Assembly (NCBI GenBank): GCA_044376115.1
Contig: JBILLK010000010.1
Coordinates: 64,001 to 128,000, forward strand
Origin: Polyangiaceae bacterium
Lineage (GTDB): Bacteria; Myxococcota_A; Polyangia; Polyangiales; Polyangiaceae
DNA length: 64,000 bases
Direction of reading: 5' to 3'
Within the stretch, counting starts at the first letter, position 1. Each line of letters starts with the position of its first letter. A model generated the notes under the pieces. It was not told the origin of the DNA and made no database searches. It saw nothing but the letters and a program-made list of their open reading frames with translations. The translations under genes were made by a program, and so were the position numbers. Shown in pieces: positions 9,229 to 19,282 of this stretch.

Positions 9229-10011
9229 GTGAAACGCACCTTCGTCATTGGCGACATTCACGGGGACATGTTCCACCTCACGCAGCTCATGGCCAAGCTG
9301 CCGCCGCTGGGAGCCCGCGATACGCTGGTATTTCTTGGTGACTACCTCGATCGCGGACCGGCCTCGGCTGGGGTCATTGAGTACGTTATGAGCCTCCCGC
9401 GAAAGACCCCCGCGCGGGTGGTCGCGCTGCGTGGAAACCATGAAGACGCCTGGTTGCGGGTGCTCGACCAAGGCTGGCCCGAGTTCGTCATTCCGCGTAC
9501 CAACGGCTGCCTCGAGACGCTGCGCTCCTACAAGCGACAGCCAGCACCTCAACCGGATGACGCGCCGGAGCCTCACGAGTTTGGCGAGATGCTCAAGGGC
9601 TCATTCTTCCCGCCTCACGTGGTCGAGTGGATGCGCAGCCTGCCGTATTACTACGAAGACGAATTCGCTATCTACGTGCACGCTGGCATTCCCAAGAAGG
9701 ACAACGAGTTTCGCCACCCGAGCATGGTCGAACCGAAGACCGCGCTGCTTTGGACGCGGGATAGCGACTTCTTCAGGAACTACCGCGGTAAGACTGTCGT
9801 CTTCGGCCACACCAAGACAGCGCTATTGCCAGCGGAGCTATCGCAGTACACGCCCGAGGATCCGGAAGACATGTGGGCGGGACCGGCGGTGCTCGGCTTG
9901 GATACCGGCTGCGGCAAGGGCGGGTTCCTCACTGCGGTAGAGTTCCCGCGCAAACGCGTCTACGAATCTCGCAAGCGCCGGCGCAATGCCCCCCCACGTA
10001 CCGTGCGCTAG
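9229..10011 (+). CDS. Calcineurin-like metallophosphoesterase (PPP-type Ser/Thr phosphatase family)
   Basis: GDIHG, GDYLDRG, RGNHE, VHAG, FGHT and LDTGC. Confidence 0.9.
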   Translation: MKRTFVIGDIHGDMFHLTQLMAKLPPLGARDTLVFLGDYLDRGPASAGVIEYVMSLPRKTPARVVALRGNHEDAWLRVLDQGWPEFVIPRTNGCLETLRSYKRQPAPQPDDAPEPHEFGEMLKGSFFPPHVVEWMRSLPYYYEDEFAIYVHAGIPKKDNEFRHPSMVEPKTALLWTRDSDFFRNYRGKTVVFGHTKTALLPAELSQYTPEDPEDMWAGPAVLGLDTGCGKGGFLTAVEFPRKRVYESRKRRRNAPPRTVR

Positions 10012-10013
10012 CG

Positions 10014-10877
10014 CTAATTATTATAATAAATGAAGTAATCGTCGCCGTTGGTGACGGTCACGTAGACGATCGTGTCGGCCTTGATGGCTGGGTCAATCAT
10101 GTCGTATGCGGCGACCAGTGATGCAGCGTGCTCGTCGGTCTGGGCAATCACCGCGAGAATCTGCTTTTCCCAGGCGTCTTCTGGAGCCACATTCATCGAG
10201 CTTTGAAGGATGTCGGAGAGCTTCCCCTCGAGCACATTGAGGGCTTGCGATACGGGGTAAGCCGTCCCCTCTGGGAAACTCACGGCGCGCACGACACTGA
10301 CCCCAACCTTCTCGCCGTCAATCCCCACGAGCAAGTCAGTCTTCTTGCCTTCAGTTTGGTAGACAATCTCGGCCTCGCCCTTGAGGTACTCGGCGCCTTC
10401 ACAGCGAAAGAGCACTTCATAGGCGAAGATCTCGGAGTAAAGCGAGCTACCCCCGAGGTTGCCATCGGCGAAGATCTGCTGGCCGCCTGGGCTGAGCATC
10501 TCCGGCTGTAGAGCCGGTTCACCACTAAGATCTAGCGTGTTCTCGAGATACTCGGGCGCAGGCGACGCAATATCGTCGAGATTGACCTCACCACAGGTGC
10601 CAGAGATCAGGCCGTAGTAGTCAGGCGCGCTCCCACCGGCGCCGCCTAGACCACCCTGCCCACCAGCGCCCCCCTGGGCGCTGCCGGCGCTGCCACCACC
10701 GCCGAGGCCACCTTCACCGCCAGCCCCGGCGCTAGCGCCCTCCCCCATCCCCGCGGTCCCACTGCTGCTGGAACCGCCGGAGGAGGAGCTGACCGGCGAG
10801 CCACCAGCGCCCCCCGAGCCTTCTCCATCGCCACAGGCCACGAGCGTCACCAAGAGAGATAGAGCGAGTGCGCGCAT
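10014..10877 (-). CDS. Gly-rich lipoprotein with an AAC4-like C-terminal domain
   Basis: Lipobox LVAC, Gly/Ser linker, then NLGGSSLYSE..YEVL..EAEIVY..KTD..VGVSVVRA. Confidence 0.65.
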   Translation of the reverse strand: MRALALSLLVTLVACGDGEGSGGAGGSPVSSSSGGSSSSGTAGMGEGASAGAGGEGGLGGGGSAGSAQGGAGGQGGLGGAGGSAPDYYGLISGTCGEVNLDDIASPAPEYLENTLDLSGEPALQPEMLSPGGQQIFADGNLGGSSLYSEIFAYEVLFRCEGAEYLKGEAEIVYQTEGKKTDLLVGIDGEKVGVSVVRAVSFPEGTAYPVSQALNVLEGKLSDILQSSMNVAPEDAWEKQILAVIAQTDEHAASLVAAYDMIDPAIKADTIVYVTVTNGDDYFIYYNN

Positions 10878-10916
10878 GGCCGGCACTATCTCATGAAATC
10901 GGCGATTTGCTAAGGC

Positions 10917-11957
10917 TCAACCAGGCTCGCACACGCCGTTCTGACATTGAAGATTGTTGCCGCAATCGTTGTCTTGAATGCACTCAACACAGTTGCCGTT
11001 CTCGCTACAGAAGGGTGACGCCTCGGTGCAATCCGCGTTCAGCAGACACTCGACGCACTCGAAATTGTTATCGCAAAGCGGCGCGCCCGGCTCACCGGCG
11101 CAGTCGGCGTTGTCGAGGCATTGCTCACAATTGTTGTTGGGTGAGCATACCGGGTTATTCCCGCCGCACTCCGCGTCTACCACGCACTCGACGCAGATGC
11201 CTTCTGCTGTATCGCAGGCCGGCTGCTCAGGGTTGGGGCAATCTGCGTTGGTTGCACAGGCGGCGACACAGTTATTGTTGAGGCAGAGCGACCCGCTCGG
11301 GCAATCCGGGTCGATGATGCACTCACGGCAGCGGCCGGCACTGACTTCACAATGAGGCTCTGCCAGAGCACATTCGGAGTCCATCGTGCACTCGGCACAA
11401 ATACCTAATTGGCTATTGCACAGCGGCTGCTCACCGGGGCAATCATTGGCGCTCAAGCACTCGACGCAGGCGCCAGTCGCTGCATCGCAGAAATCAGCCT
11501 GCCCTTGGCCACAGTCGTTGTTGCTCGTACAGGCCGTATCGCACTCGTGGTTGGTCGGGTGACAATACTGATTGGCGCCACAATCGGCGGTGGTCGCGCA
11601 TTCTTCGCATTGACCAAAGAAGCAGGCCGGCTGCCCAGGATCGAGGCAATCCGCGTTGGTAGCGCACTCCACGCAACCAAGCTCCGGGTCACAGAATTGA
11701 TTGACGTTGCATCCTGAGCAGACGTCTGTTCCGCCGCCGGTGCCGTTGCCACCGGTAGCGTTACCGCCGTTCCCTCCGTTGCCCATTCCCCCAGCGCCAC
11801 CGCCACCACTCTGCGTGCCCCCCGCGCCGCCAGCGCCAGCGGTACCGCCACCACTTCCCCCGGAAGCCCCAGTAGCCCCAGTGCCGGTCGAGCCGTCGTC
11901 AGAGCACGCAACCAACGAAAAGCCGAGGACGGCAGCGAGAAGCGAATAGCGCATCAT
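10917..11957 (-). CDS. Cys-rich repeat lipoprotein
   Basis: GGAGG RBS, lipobox LVAC, Gly-rich linker and about 11 CxEC-x4-DC-type units. Confidence 0.8.
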   Translation of the reverse strand: MMRYSLLAAVLGFSLVACSDDGSTGTGATGASGGSGGGTAGAGGAGGTQSGGGGAGGMGNGGNGGNATGGNGTGGGTDVCSGCNVNQFCDPELGCVECATNADCLDPGQPACFFGQCEECATTADCGANQYCHPTNHECDTACTSNNDCGQGQADFCDAATGACVECLSANDCPGEQPLCNSQLGICAECTMDSECALAEPHCEVSAGRCRECIIDPDCPSGSLCLNNNCVAACATNADCPNPEQPACDTAEGICVECVVDAECGGNNPVCSPNNNCEQCLDNADCAGEPGAPLCDNNFECVECLLNADCTEASPFCSENGNCVECIQDNDCGNNLQCQNGVCEPG

Positions 11958-12069
11958 GAGAACCTCCAATGAAGATTAGTGGGTTGTGCAAAGGCGCGCG
12001 GCCGCACCCCTGACTTGCCAAGGGTAGAGGAGCCATTCGCACTGCAGGCTCGGGAACGGAGCCTGTCAG

Positions 12070-13335
12070 CTAGTTCGCGTGTTCCCCGAGAACACGCGCT
12101 GCGCGCTCGCCAGCTAGCAAGCCAGCACGCGCTGCGATCAGCATCGTCCGCGCGTGGCCCGCGACGATATCGCCGGCGGGAAACACGCGAGGGAAGCCGC
12201 GCAAACTACCGTCGGGCTCGAGCACCAGCCCCACTCTCTCAAGCGCCCCCGCTTGCGTCCCGCGCGGCCAAGCCGAAGCGTCGAGCACAGGCCCTTCAGC
12301 CGAACCGACGAAAGCTGGCCCGTGCTGCGTTGCAATGGCTCCCTCCAGCCCTTTCAACGAAAGTTCGAAGCTTGGCCCAATCTTCGTCGCGCCGTCTGCA
12401 GGAGCACCAAACGACGGCGGCGAAAACACGATGCCGCCACCGACCAAACCGCCTGTCGCCAAGACCACACAATCTGGCTCGAGCGTTTGACCATCCCCGC
12501 GTAGAACGAGCCCTGAGCCCTCTTGCTCAACACTCGCCACCTCACGATCCGAGAGCGTGATCGCCAGCCGCTCACACAGCCGCGCGCGCGCGCGTTCAAA
12601 GCGAACGCCAAACGTTCCTGAGTGCGGGGCAACGATCTCGCCGACAGGCGCTCCCGCAGCGGCTTCCAACACCGAGATCGAGTCCGCCTCGCGCCCGAGC
12701 CACGGCCCCAAGAGGAACGCGACCTCACCGGGATGAGCCTGTTTGGCTCGCACCAACTGCTGGCCTAACCAGCGCCTCCGCTCCGGCTCATCAAAGCGCC
12801 GTGCGAGCTCCAAATCAGAGATGAAGCTCTCATCGTCAAAGCGCAGGATGGTCGCGGCCGACTCTTGAAAGCGAAGGCCATGCGCATTGTCATTGAGGGA
12901 CCGCACCAAACTGGCCGAGTCCCAATGAGGACGATCGACAGCGGGTAGGAGCACGGTCCGGCCGCGCGCCCGATTGAGGTCCAAGATCGCGCTGGCATGA
13001 GCCAACGTATGACGAAGGATGCCGCCTGTGGTTGCGACCAAGGGCCGCTCGAGCGGATCGCCCTCACGTCCAGCCGCTTTTAAAGCGAAGATACCGAGTT
13101 CGACCAACAGCTCAGCGCAGGCTGGGTCAATGGCCCAGGCGGCGCTTACGCCGGTCACCTTCTCCGCCTCGGCCACGACGTCCCAAGGGGTCTCATCGAG
13201 CGCGCCGGGCGATAATGAAGTAGCGCCTATGCGGCCCGTTATTAATGTTATCTGCAAGGAAGGGCGCCGGCGTTTCGCCGCGTACGCGGCAGCAACGCCA
13301 GCGATACCGCCACCGACGACTACCAGCTTGTTCAT
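12070..13335 (-). CDS. FAD-binding protein, anaerobic glycerol-3-phosphate dehydrogenase subunit B (GlpB)-like
   Basis: VVVGGGIAG, GATSLSPGALD, VVLATGGLVGGGI and VFPAGD; ATGA overlap with the upstream glpA-like gene. Confidence 0.7.
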   Translation of the reverse strand: MNKLVVVGGGIAGVAAAYAAKRRRPSLQITLITGRIGATSLSPGALDETPWDVVAEAEKVTGVSAAWAIDPACAELLVELGIFALKAAGREGDPLERPLVATTGGILRHTLAHASAILDLNRARGRTVLLPAVDRPHWDSASLVRSLNDNAHGLRFQESAATILRFDDESFISDLELARRFDEPERRRWLGQQLVRAKQAHPGEVAFLLGPWLGREADSISVLEAAAGAPVGEIVAPHSGTFGVRFERARARLCERLAITLSDREVASVEQEGSGLVLRGDGQTLEPDCVVLATGGLVGGGIVFSPPSFGAPADGATKIGPSFELSLKGLEGAIATQHGPAFVGSAEGPVLDASAWPRGTQAGALERVGLVLEPDGSLRGFPRVFPAGDIVAGHARTMLIAARAGLLAGERAARVLGEHAN

Positions 13336-15040
13336 CGCGGCTCCGACTCGCGTTGCGACTCGAGGTCGACGTCGGCAACCCCGAGCTCGGCGCGAACCGT
13401 CGCCTGATTCAGAGCCTCCTGGCGGGCCTGGGCTGGACTCAGCGCCACTGAGCGAGTGCGCGCCTGGCGCAAGATGAAGCGCAGCGCCATTTCGCGACCG
13501 TAGCGCGGCGGCAGACCTCGCTCCTCGGCTACGATTTGCCCGCAACGCGCCGCGCACTTCATACCGCCACAAGCTCCAAGGCCAAGGCGCGTTCTGCGCG
13601 AAACATCCTCCACGCTACGCGCATATTCGCTCGCCACCACGTGGCGAACCTCAGCCTCGAGGATCGGCTCACAGGGGCAGACGACAACAGCCTCTCGCGG
13701 CCGCTGCTTGATGCGCTCCTCGATCCGCTCGACGCGACTGCCATGCCGATAGACGAGCCGGCGCGCTGCAACACCATCAATCTCCAGCCGCTCGGCGAGC
13801 TCACGCGAACTTACCTTCCTATCCCCACCGGGAAGAAAGACCTTGTGCGTGGTGCAGGTTGCACCCAAGGCGAAACGCGCTGCCAGGATGTCCGTCATCT
13901 CCTCGGCAAAGAGCCGGTAGCTCGCGAGCTTGCCCCCGACCATCGAAAATAGCCCTTTAGCGCCGTGCTTGCCGTGGTCGATGATTTGGTGGTCGCGGCT
14001 GAGGCCGTCCTCATGCGGGCCATAGGCATATAAAGTAGGCCGCACACCGGCATAGGTATGTATCGCGCGGGCCCCGGTTATTGCGGGAAACACCCGAGCG
14101 ATCCCCTGCACCAAGTAGCGGACCTCCTCGCTGGTAGCGACCACATCGTCGAGATCACCGTAGTAGTCATCGTCGGTCGTCCCGATGATGCTCATGTTCT
14201 CCCACGGCTCGAGGAAGATTTGACGATGGCGTAGTTGGTTAGGCGACGGTCATACGCGATGTGGATGCCCTTGCCGCCACGAACGCGAGCCTTGGTGGCT
14301 GGCAGCCCCGCGCCGGAGGCGGTGATCGGCGCCCAAGCGCCCGTCGCGTTCACCACCGCCGAGGTGGTGATGCGACCAGTCTTGCCGTTGCGAACATCGC
14401 GGTAACGGACCGCGAATACCTCTCCGGTGTCTTCCCGTCGCTCGATCTGCTCGACGGTGGTGCCGCCGAAGATCTTGGCGCCCCTCTCCGCTGCGTCTAG
14501 CACATTGGCAATCACCAAGCGCGGACCGTCGATCCCCCACTCATCGAAGGAGAAACCTCCGAGCACGTCGCCGCGAAGCCCCGGCTCGAGCTTCGCTAGC
14601 TCCTCTGGGGTCAACTTGGCGTGAGGCTTTCCATGTTTGAGCGGCTGATAGTCGTCGTACGCGTGAAAGAAGGCGTCCATCAGGGTGAACATCACTTTGG
14701 CGCTGGCGGACTTCTCAACCGGTACCAGGAACGGAATGCGGAAGAGCAGGTGGGGCGCGATGGTCTGAATATGGCCGGAATCCCTGCAGCTCGTCTCGGT
14801 GACGGCCGGGTCATAGGTGAGATAGCGCGGGCCACCGTGAATCATTCCGCTCGAGTTGCCGCTGGCACCAAAGGCAAAGTCGTTGCGCTCGAAGAGCGCC
14901 ACCGAGAGGCCGCGCAAGGCGGCGTCCCGCGCAACGCCCGCGCCATTCACTCCTCCGCCGATCACCACAACGTCAACCTCGCGACCGCCGCGGATCGAAG
15001 GCGCAGGCGCATCGCTGTCTCGCGTCAGGGGGCGCGTCAT
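13332..15040 (-). pseudogene. GlpA-like glycerol-3-phosphate dehydrogenase with C-terminal BFD-like [2Fe-2S] domain, frameshifted near 14222
   Basis: N-half has IGGGVNG and SGMIHGGPRYL; C-half has GTTD, GVRP, GGKL, CPCE and RTRLGLGACGG..C. The frame switches between NYAI and RQIFLEPWEN. Confidence 0.75.
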
Positions 15041-15088
15041 GGGCGAGGGTATAGGGCCGTCGGGAGAGCGCGTCGAGCGGCAAGCCGG

Positions 15089-15826
15089 TCAGCTCGGACG
15101 TGGGCTCTTTCGCAAGGCAACGAATAGCTTGGCCAAGCGAACGAATACCGCTGGAACGCGGCGGGCCAAATGAATGCTCGGTAAGCGCTTCTCTGCGATG
15201 GTGATGGGGATCTCGGCCACTCGCAGGCCCTCCTGCTCAGCGCGCAAAACGAGCTCGCTCGCGAAAACGTCCTTGTCTACCACACAGCGCCTCACCACGG
15301 GTAGCAGCGCCTCGGCTCGCAGGACTTTGAGACCATGGGTGTCGGTACCTGAAAAGCCGAACAAGCTACGCAGCAACTGACTATAGGCTCGGCTCGCGAC
15401 CCGCCGATTCAGGGGCCGACGATCGCGCGAGTTCGTCATTAGCTTCGAGCCGATCACAAGGTCGGCGGCATCTTGCTCGAGCAGCTGGAGCGCGCGCTGT
15501 TGGAAATCGAAGTCACAAAGATCGATCTCTTCGCAGACCAGGTACCGACCACGCGCTAGCAGCAGCCCAGTGAGCAGCGCTAAGCCGTAATTAGGCTGGG
15601 GCACCGAGACAAATCGAACCTCAGGCAACTCCGCTGCTAGCTGCTCGAGGACGCCGATGGTGCCATCCCACGAGCCGTTTTCAGCAAGCAGCACCTCGAA
15701 GGAGTCCCCCGTTGCACGCAGCTCGTCGCACAACCCGCGGACGGCCTTGGCGACCAGCTGCTCCTCATTGAAGACCGGAATCACCACGCTGAGTAGCGGA
15801 CGATCCTCAGCGGAAGCGTGGCTCAT
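15089..15826 (-). CDS. Glycosyltransferase family 2 (Dpm1-like)
   Basis: SVVIPVFNEE, ENGSWDGT, NYGLAL, DLVIGSK and TDTHGLK. Confidence 0.88.
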   Translation of the reverse strand: MSHASAEDRPLLSVVIPVFNEEQLVAKAVRGLCDELRATGDSFEVLLAENGSWDGTIGVLEQLAAELPEVRFVSVPQPNYGLALLTGLLLARGRYLVCEEIDLCDFDFQQRALQLLEQDAADLVIGSKLMTNSRDRRPLNRRVASRAYSQLLRSLFGFSGTDTHGLKVLRAEALLPVVRRCVVDKDVFASELVLRAEQEGLRVAEIPITIAEKRLPSIHLARRVPAVFVRLAKLFVALRKSPRPS

Positions 15827-17127
15827 GTTGCGCCCTCGGCCAATAGCGCTTGCGCTGCGCATTGGCCAGCGAAGAGGGCGTCTTCCATTGAGCTGTATTC
15901 CCAAGCGCCGTAGCGGCCAACCGAGTGGATGCGGTGCTGCGAGAGGAAGGAATGAAGCACGTTCAGCGCCTGTTCACGGCGCGCGTCGTAAAGAACGTAA
16001 GCGTTGGGGATACGGCGCAGGCGAGCAAAGCGAATAGCGTCGCGCCCACGAATGATACCCATCTGAGTCAGCGCGTCCGCGACCTCGGGCAACACTTGAC
16101 CAAGCGTTGGAGGCGTCTTGGAGGCGAGCTCGACGTAGAGCGACGCCTTGGCCGTAGGCGCCATCAAACGAGAAAAGTTGGAATAGGCGCCGACCCGGTA
16201 GAAGGGTATCTCGGGTTCTGGCACGTACACCCAATGGTAAGGCAGCTCTACCGGTGTATTCAGCGCTACATCCAAGTAGTGCAAATCGACCGAGCGCAGC
16301 TCCGAGGCTGCCTGCCGTATGTGCGCTGGGAGCGGAGTCAGCTGGCGAAACAAGTTGCTCAGGCTCATCGTCGACAGCAGTTGATCGAAGGCCACTTCAC
16401 TGTCCCCTGCGCGCAGCGTCCGGCGCTCGAGGTCGATTGCCGATACCGGTGTAACGAGCTCGACCGGATTTGCGCGTTCGACCAGGGCGTCCACCAACAT
16501 GCCCATACCGCGGCGTGGATAAACGAAGTGCGCGTTGTAACCCATCGCTGGGTTGGGCAGCCCCACGGCACCGCGCAACACCTCATCGAGCGTTGGTCGC
16601 GGGACGAAGCGCTCGCACCACGTTGCGGCCAACTCGCGCGGATGAACGCCCCATACCTTTTCGTTGTAGGGCACCATGAAGGCCTCACTCATGGCCCGAC
16701 CAAAGTGCGTAACGCAGTAGTCCTCGAAGGTTACGATATCCGGCTTGGGCTCTTGAAAATGGGCTTTGACGAAGTCGCTGACACAGCGGAACGCCAGCTC
16801 CTTGGGCAGGCCGAAGACGTTGGCTTGGAAGGGATACGGGGTGAACGTGCCGTGCGAGTAAACGGCACTGCGACGCTCGATCTGCAGCAGGTTGTCCTCG
16901 CCCAGAAGCTCGCGAATCAACTCCGCCATCTGCGGCTTGCGCAGATGCAGTAGGTGGCCGGTGCAATCGAAGGAGTAGCCAGCTTCGGTCACTGTCCGAG
17001 CGAGCCCGCCAACCGCGTCGCTCGCCTCGAGCAGCCGGTGGGGCTGGCCTTTGCGACGCAAGTGCATCGAGGCGGAGAGGCCTGTGAGGCCAGCGCCGAT
17101 CACGAGCAAGTTGGGGGCATGACCCAT
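15823..17127 (-). CDS. FAD-dependent oxidoreductase (protoporphyrinogen oxidase/UDP-galactopyranose mutase-like family)
   Basis: IGAGLTG, VGGLART, FDCTGHLLH, PYNEKVW and GRYGAWEY; coupled to the GT2 gene. Confidence 0.8.
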   Translation of the reverse strand: MGHAPNLLVIGAGLTGLSASMHLRRKGQPHRLLEASDAVGGLARTVTEAGYSFDCTGHLLHLRKPQMAELIRELLGEDNLLQIERRSAVYSHGTFTPYPFQANVFGLPKELAFRCVSDFVKAHFQEPKPDIVTFEDYCVTHFGRAMSEAFMVPYNEKVWGVHPRELAATWCERFVPRPTLDEVLRGAVGLPNPAMGYNAHFVYPRRGMGMLVDALVERANPVELVTPVSAIDLERRTLRAGDSEVAFDQLLSTMSLSNLFRQLTPLPAHIRQAASELRSVDLHYLDVALNTPVELPYHWVYVPEPEIPFYRVGAYSNFSRLMAPTAKASLYVELASKTPPTLGQVLPEVADALTQMGIIRGRDAIRFARLRRIPNAYVLYDARREQALNVLHSFLSQHRIHSVGRYGAWEYSSMEDALFAGQCAAQALLAEGAT

Positions 17128-17243
17128 CGCGGGGGGACCTTAGCAGCCCCGCCGGCTGTTTTCGGCAGGGGAATGCGTGGGCCCCGCTGGGTAGCTCGCT
17201 CAGGCTTCGGGTTGGCGCGGCCCTGGCTCCGATCTAAGGGCTA

Positions 17244-19250
17244 ATGATGAGTCGCCCTGACCACGTGCAGATCTCGGGTCGCATCCTCTACCTAACGGAA
17301 GATGCCGACCTCTTGTCGAAACAGCTCGCTGGCACTGATCTCAGTGAAGAGGAGGTCAAGCGCGTCGATGACGGCTCGCTCTCCCTGATCGACAACATCT
17401 CGACCGATGAGCTCACGCCAGGCTGGGTTTGTTACTACTACGACGAAACGCTGGCACGCTATTGCCTGGTCGGCTTGCGCGGCAACGTTGTGCAGAAGGA
17501 CTCGATCAAGCAGGGCAAGTTCGAGGTAATCGTGAGCGGCCGCTCAAAGGGCTGCGGCTCCTCACGCGAGACGGCGCCGTACTCCGAGCTCGAGGCCGGA
17601 GTGAAGGTCGTATTCGCCAAGAGCATCGAGAAGATCTACGGGCAAAATTGCCAAAACATCGGTCTCCTGACCACCACCGATCCAGCCGTCTTCGCACGCC
17701 TTCGGCGCGGAGAATCGGTCGAGGTCGATGAGTTCACGCGGGGGCTCGATGCCATCAGCGCTGGCGTGGTTCGCGCAGGCGGGCTGTTTGCCTACAACAA
17801 GAGCCGACTCGCGGGAGAGGTGTCGCCACCAGCCATCACCACCGAGCAGCGGCCGATGACGCTGGCCGAGAAGATCATCGCGAGTCGCGCCATTCGCGAC
17901 GCGCGCAGCGGTGAAGTCGGAGTGCCCTTCGTCAAGCCGGGCGATTCGTTGTTCGTTCGAACCGACGTCCGCTTTTCGCACGAGTACGTGACGCCGATGG
18001 CTGAGTCGCTGTTCGTCGCAGCGCTCGGTAAAGACGCAACGGTGACGGATCCCGCGAGCGTCTGGGCATTCCGCGACCACCTCACCTTCCTCGACAAGGT
18101 GATGCCGGAGGCCCACCTGAAGCTCGGACTTCGCGAGCAGGCCAATCAGCTGGCGACCGTGCAGGAGGCGTTCACCAAGCGGCACTCGGTGAAGCTGTAT
18201 GGCGAGATCGTGCGGGACGGCAAGACGGTGGGTTCCGATGCGATTTGCCACAACAAGGTGATCGAAGCGATCGCGCTGCCAGGTCAGGTGGTCGCCGGCA
18301 CCGATTCGCACACTTGTATGGCCGGCGTGCTTGGCTGCTTCGCCTTCGGCGTTGGCTCCACCGACATGGCGAACGCTTGGTTCAGCAAAGACATCCGCGT
18401 GGCTGTACCGGAGACGGTTCGTTTCAACTTGCACGGGCGCTTGCCTGCAGGCGTCACAGCGAAGGACGTCATGTTGCATTTGCTCGCGCAGCCCTTTTGG
18501 AAGGGCGGCCAAGGCATCGGGAAGGTGCTTGAGTTCGCCGGAGAAGGCGTTACCAACATGCCTCTCGACGAGCGCGCAACGTTGACCAACATGGCCGTCG
18601 AGGCAGGCGGCTTCACCGGCATCATCGAGGCGGATGAGGTGGTGGTCGAGTACCTTGTCGCCCAGCGCGGGCTCAATGCCGAGGACGTGCGCAAGCGGAT
18701 CGTCAAGGCCGATGCGAACGCCGAGTACTTCGAGTCCTTCGACTTCGACCTCTCGACCTTCGAGCCAATGGTTGCGCTGCCCGGTGATCCGCGAAACGGC
18801 GTTCCGCTCGCCAAGCTGCGTGAACAGTCGGGTGGGGACGTCGCGATCAACATCGCGTACGGCGGTTCGTGTACCGGCGGCAAAAAGGCCGACATGGATA
18901 TGTACGCCGACGTACTGCGGCAGGCCGTCGAGGCCGGACGCTCCGTCGCACCGGGCGTCCATCTCTACATCCAGTTCGGTTCGCAGGACATTCGCGCCTA
19001 CGCCGAGTCGCGCGGCTACATCGAGATCTTCCTGAAGGCCGGCGCCGAGCTCGTGGATCCTTCATGTGGAGCTTGCATCAAAGCCGGGCCAGGCGTTTCG
19101 TTCACCAAAGAGGAGGTAACGGTCAGCGCGATCAATCGCAACTTCCCTGGCAGAAGCGGCCCCGGCAAGGTGTACCTGGCGAGTCCGCGCGTAATCGCGG
19201 CCAGTGCAATCGCGGGGCGAATCGTCTCCCCGACCAGCTTCCTCGATTGA
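17244..19250 (+). CDS. Aconitase-family dehydratase with swivel (LeuD-like) domain fused N-terminal to the large (LeuC-like) domain
   Basis: DNISTDE and GCGSSRE (swivel); TLAEKI, GTDSHT, GGSCTG, SCGAC, NRNFPGRSG and YLASP (large domain). Confidence 0.85.
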   Translation: MMSRPDHVQISGRILYLTEDADLLSKQLAGTDLSEEEVKRVDDGSLSLIDNISTDELTPGWVCYYYDETLARYCLVGLRGNVVQKDSIKQGKFEVIVSGRSKGCGSSRETAPYSELEAGVKVVFAKSIEKIYGQNCQNIGLLTTTDPAVFARLRRGESVEVDEFTRGLDAISAGVVRAGGLFAYNKSRLAGEVSPPAITTEQRPMTLAEKIIASRAIRDARSGEVGVPFVKPGDSLFVRTDVRFSHEYVTPMAESLFVAALGKDATVTDPASVWAFRDHLTFLDKVMPEAHLKLGLREQANQLATVQEAFTKRHSVKLYGEIVRDGKTVGSDAICHNKVIEAIALPGQVVAGTDSHTCMAGVLGCFAFGVGSTDMANAWFSKDIRVAVPETVRFNLHGRLPAGVTAKDVMLHLLAQPFWKGGQGIGKVLEFAGEGVTNMPLDERATLTNMAVEAGGFTGIIEADEVVVEYLVAQRGLNAEDVRKRIVKADANAEYFESFDFDLSTFEPMVALPGDPRNGVPLAKLREQSGGDVAINIAYGGSCTGGKKADMDMYADVLRQAVEAGRSVAPGVHLYIQFGSQDIRAYAESRGYIEIFLKAGAELVDPSCGACIKAGPGVSFTKEEVTVSAINRNFPGRSGPGKVYLASPRVIAASAIAGRIVSPTSFLD

Positions 19251-19282
19251 GCTCAGCGGGGGACTCTCCTAGAGAGAAGCGC

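Noticed and set aside
9136..9576. Extended N-terminus of ORF 8806..9576
   Set aside because: It overlaps the phosphoesterase on the other strand; alignment with the paralogue fixes the start at 9135.
15823..17127. hemY or glf assignment
   Set aside because: The motifs support only the broader FAD oxidoreductase family; there is no heme-pathway context.
17562..18962. 466-aa antisense ORF, and similar ones at 15925-16953, 41733-42644, 48387-49253 and 59141-60124
   Set aside because: They lie opposite well-supported genes and have no motifs; such shadow ORFs are expected in GC-rich DNA.
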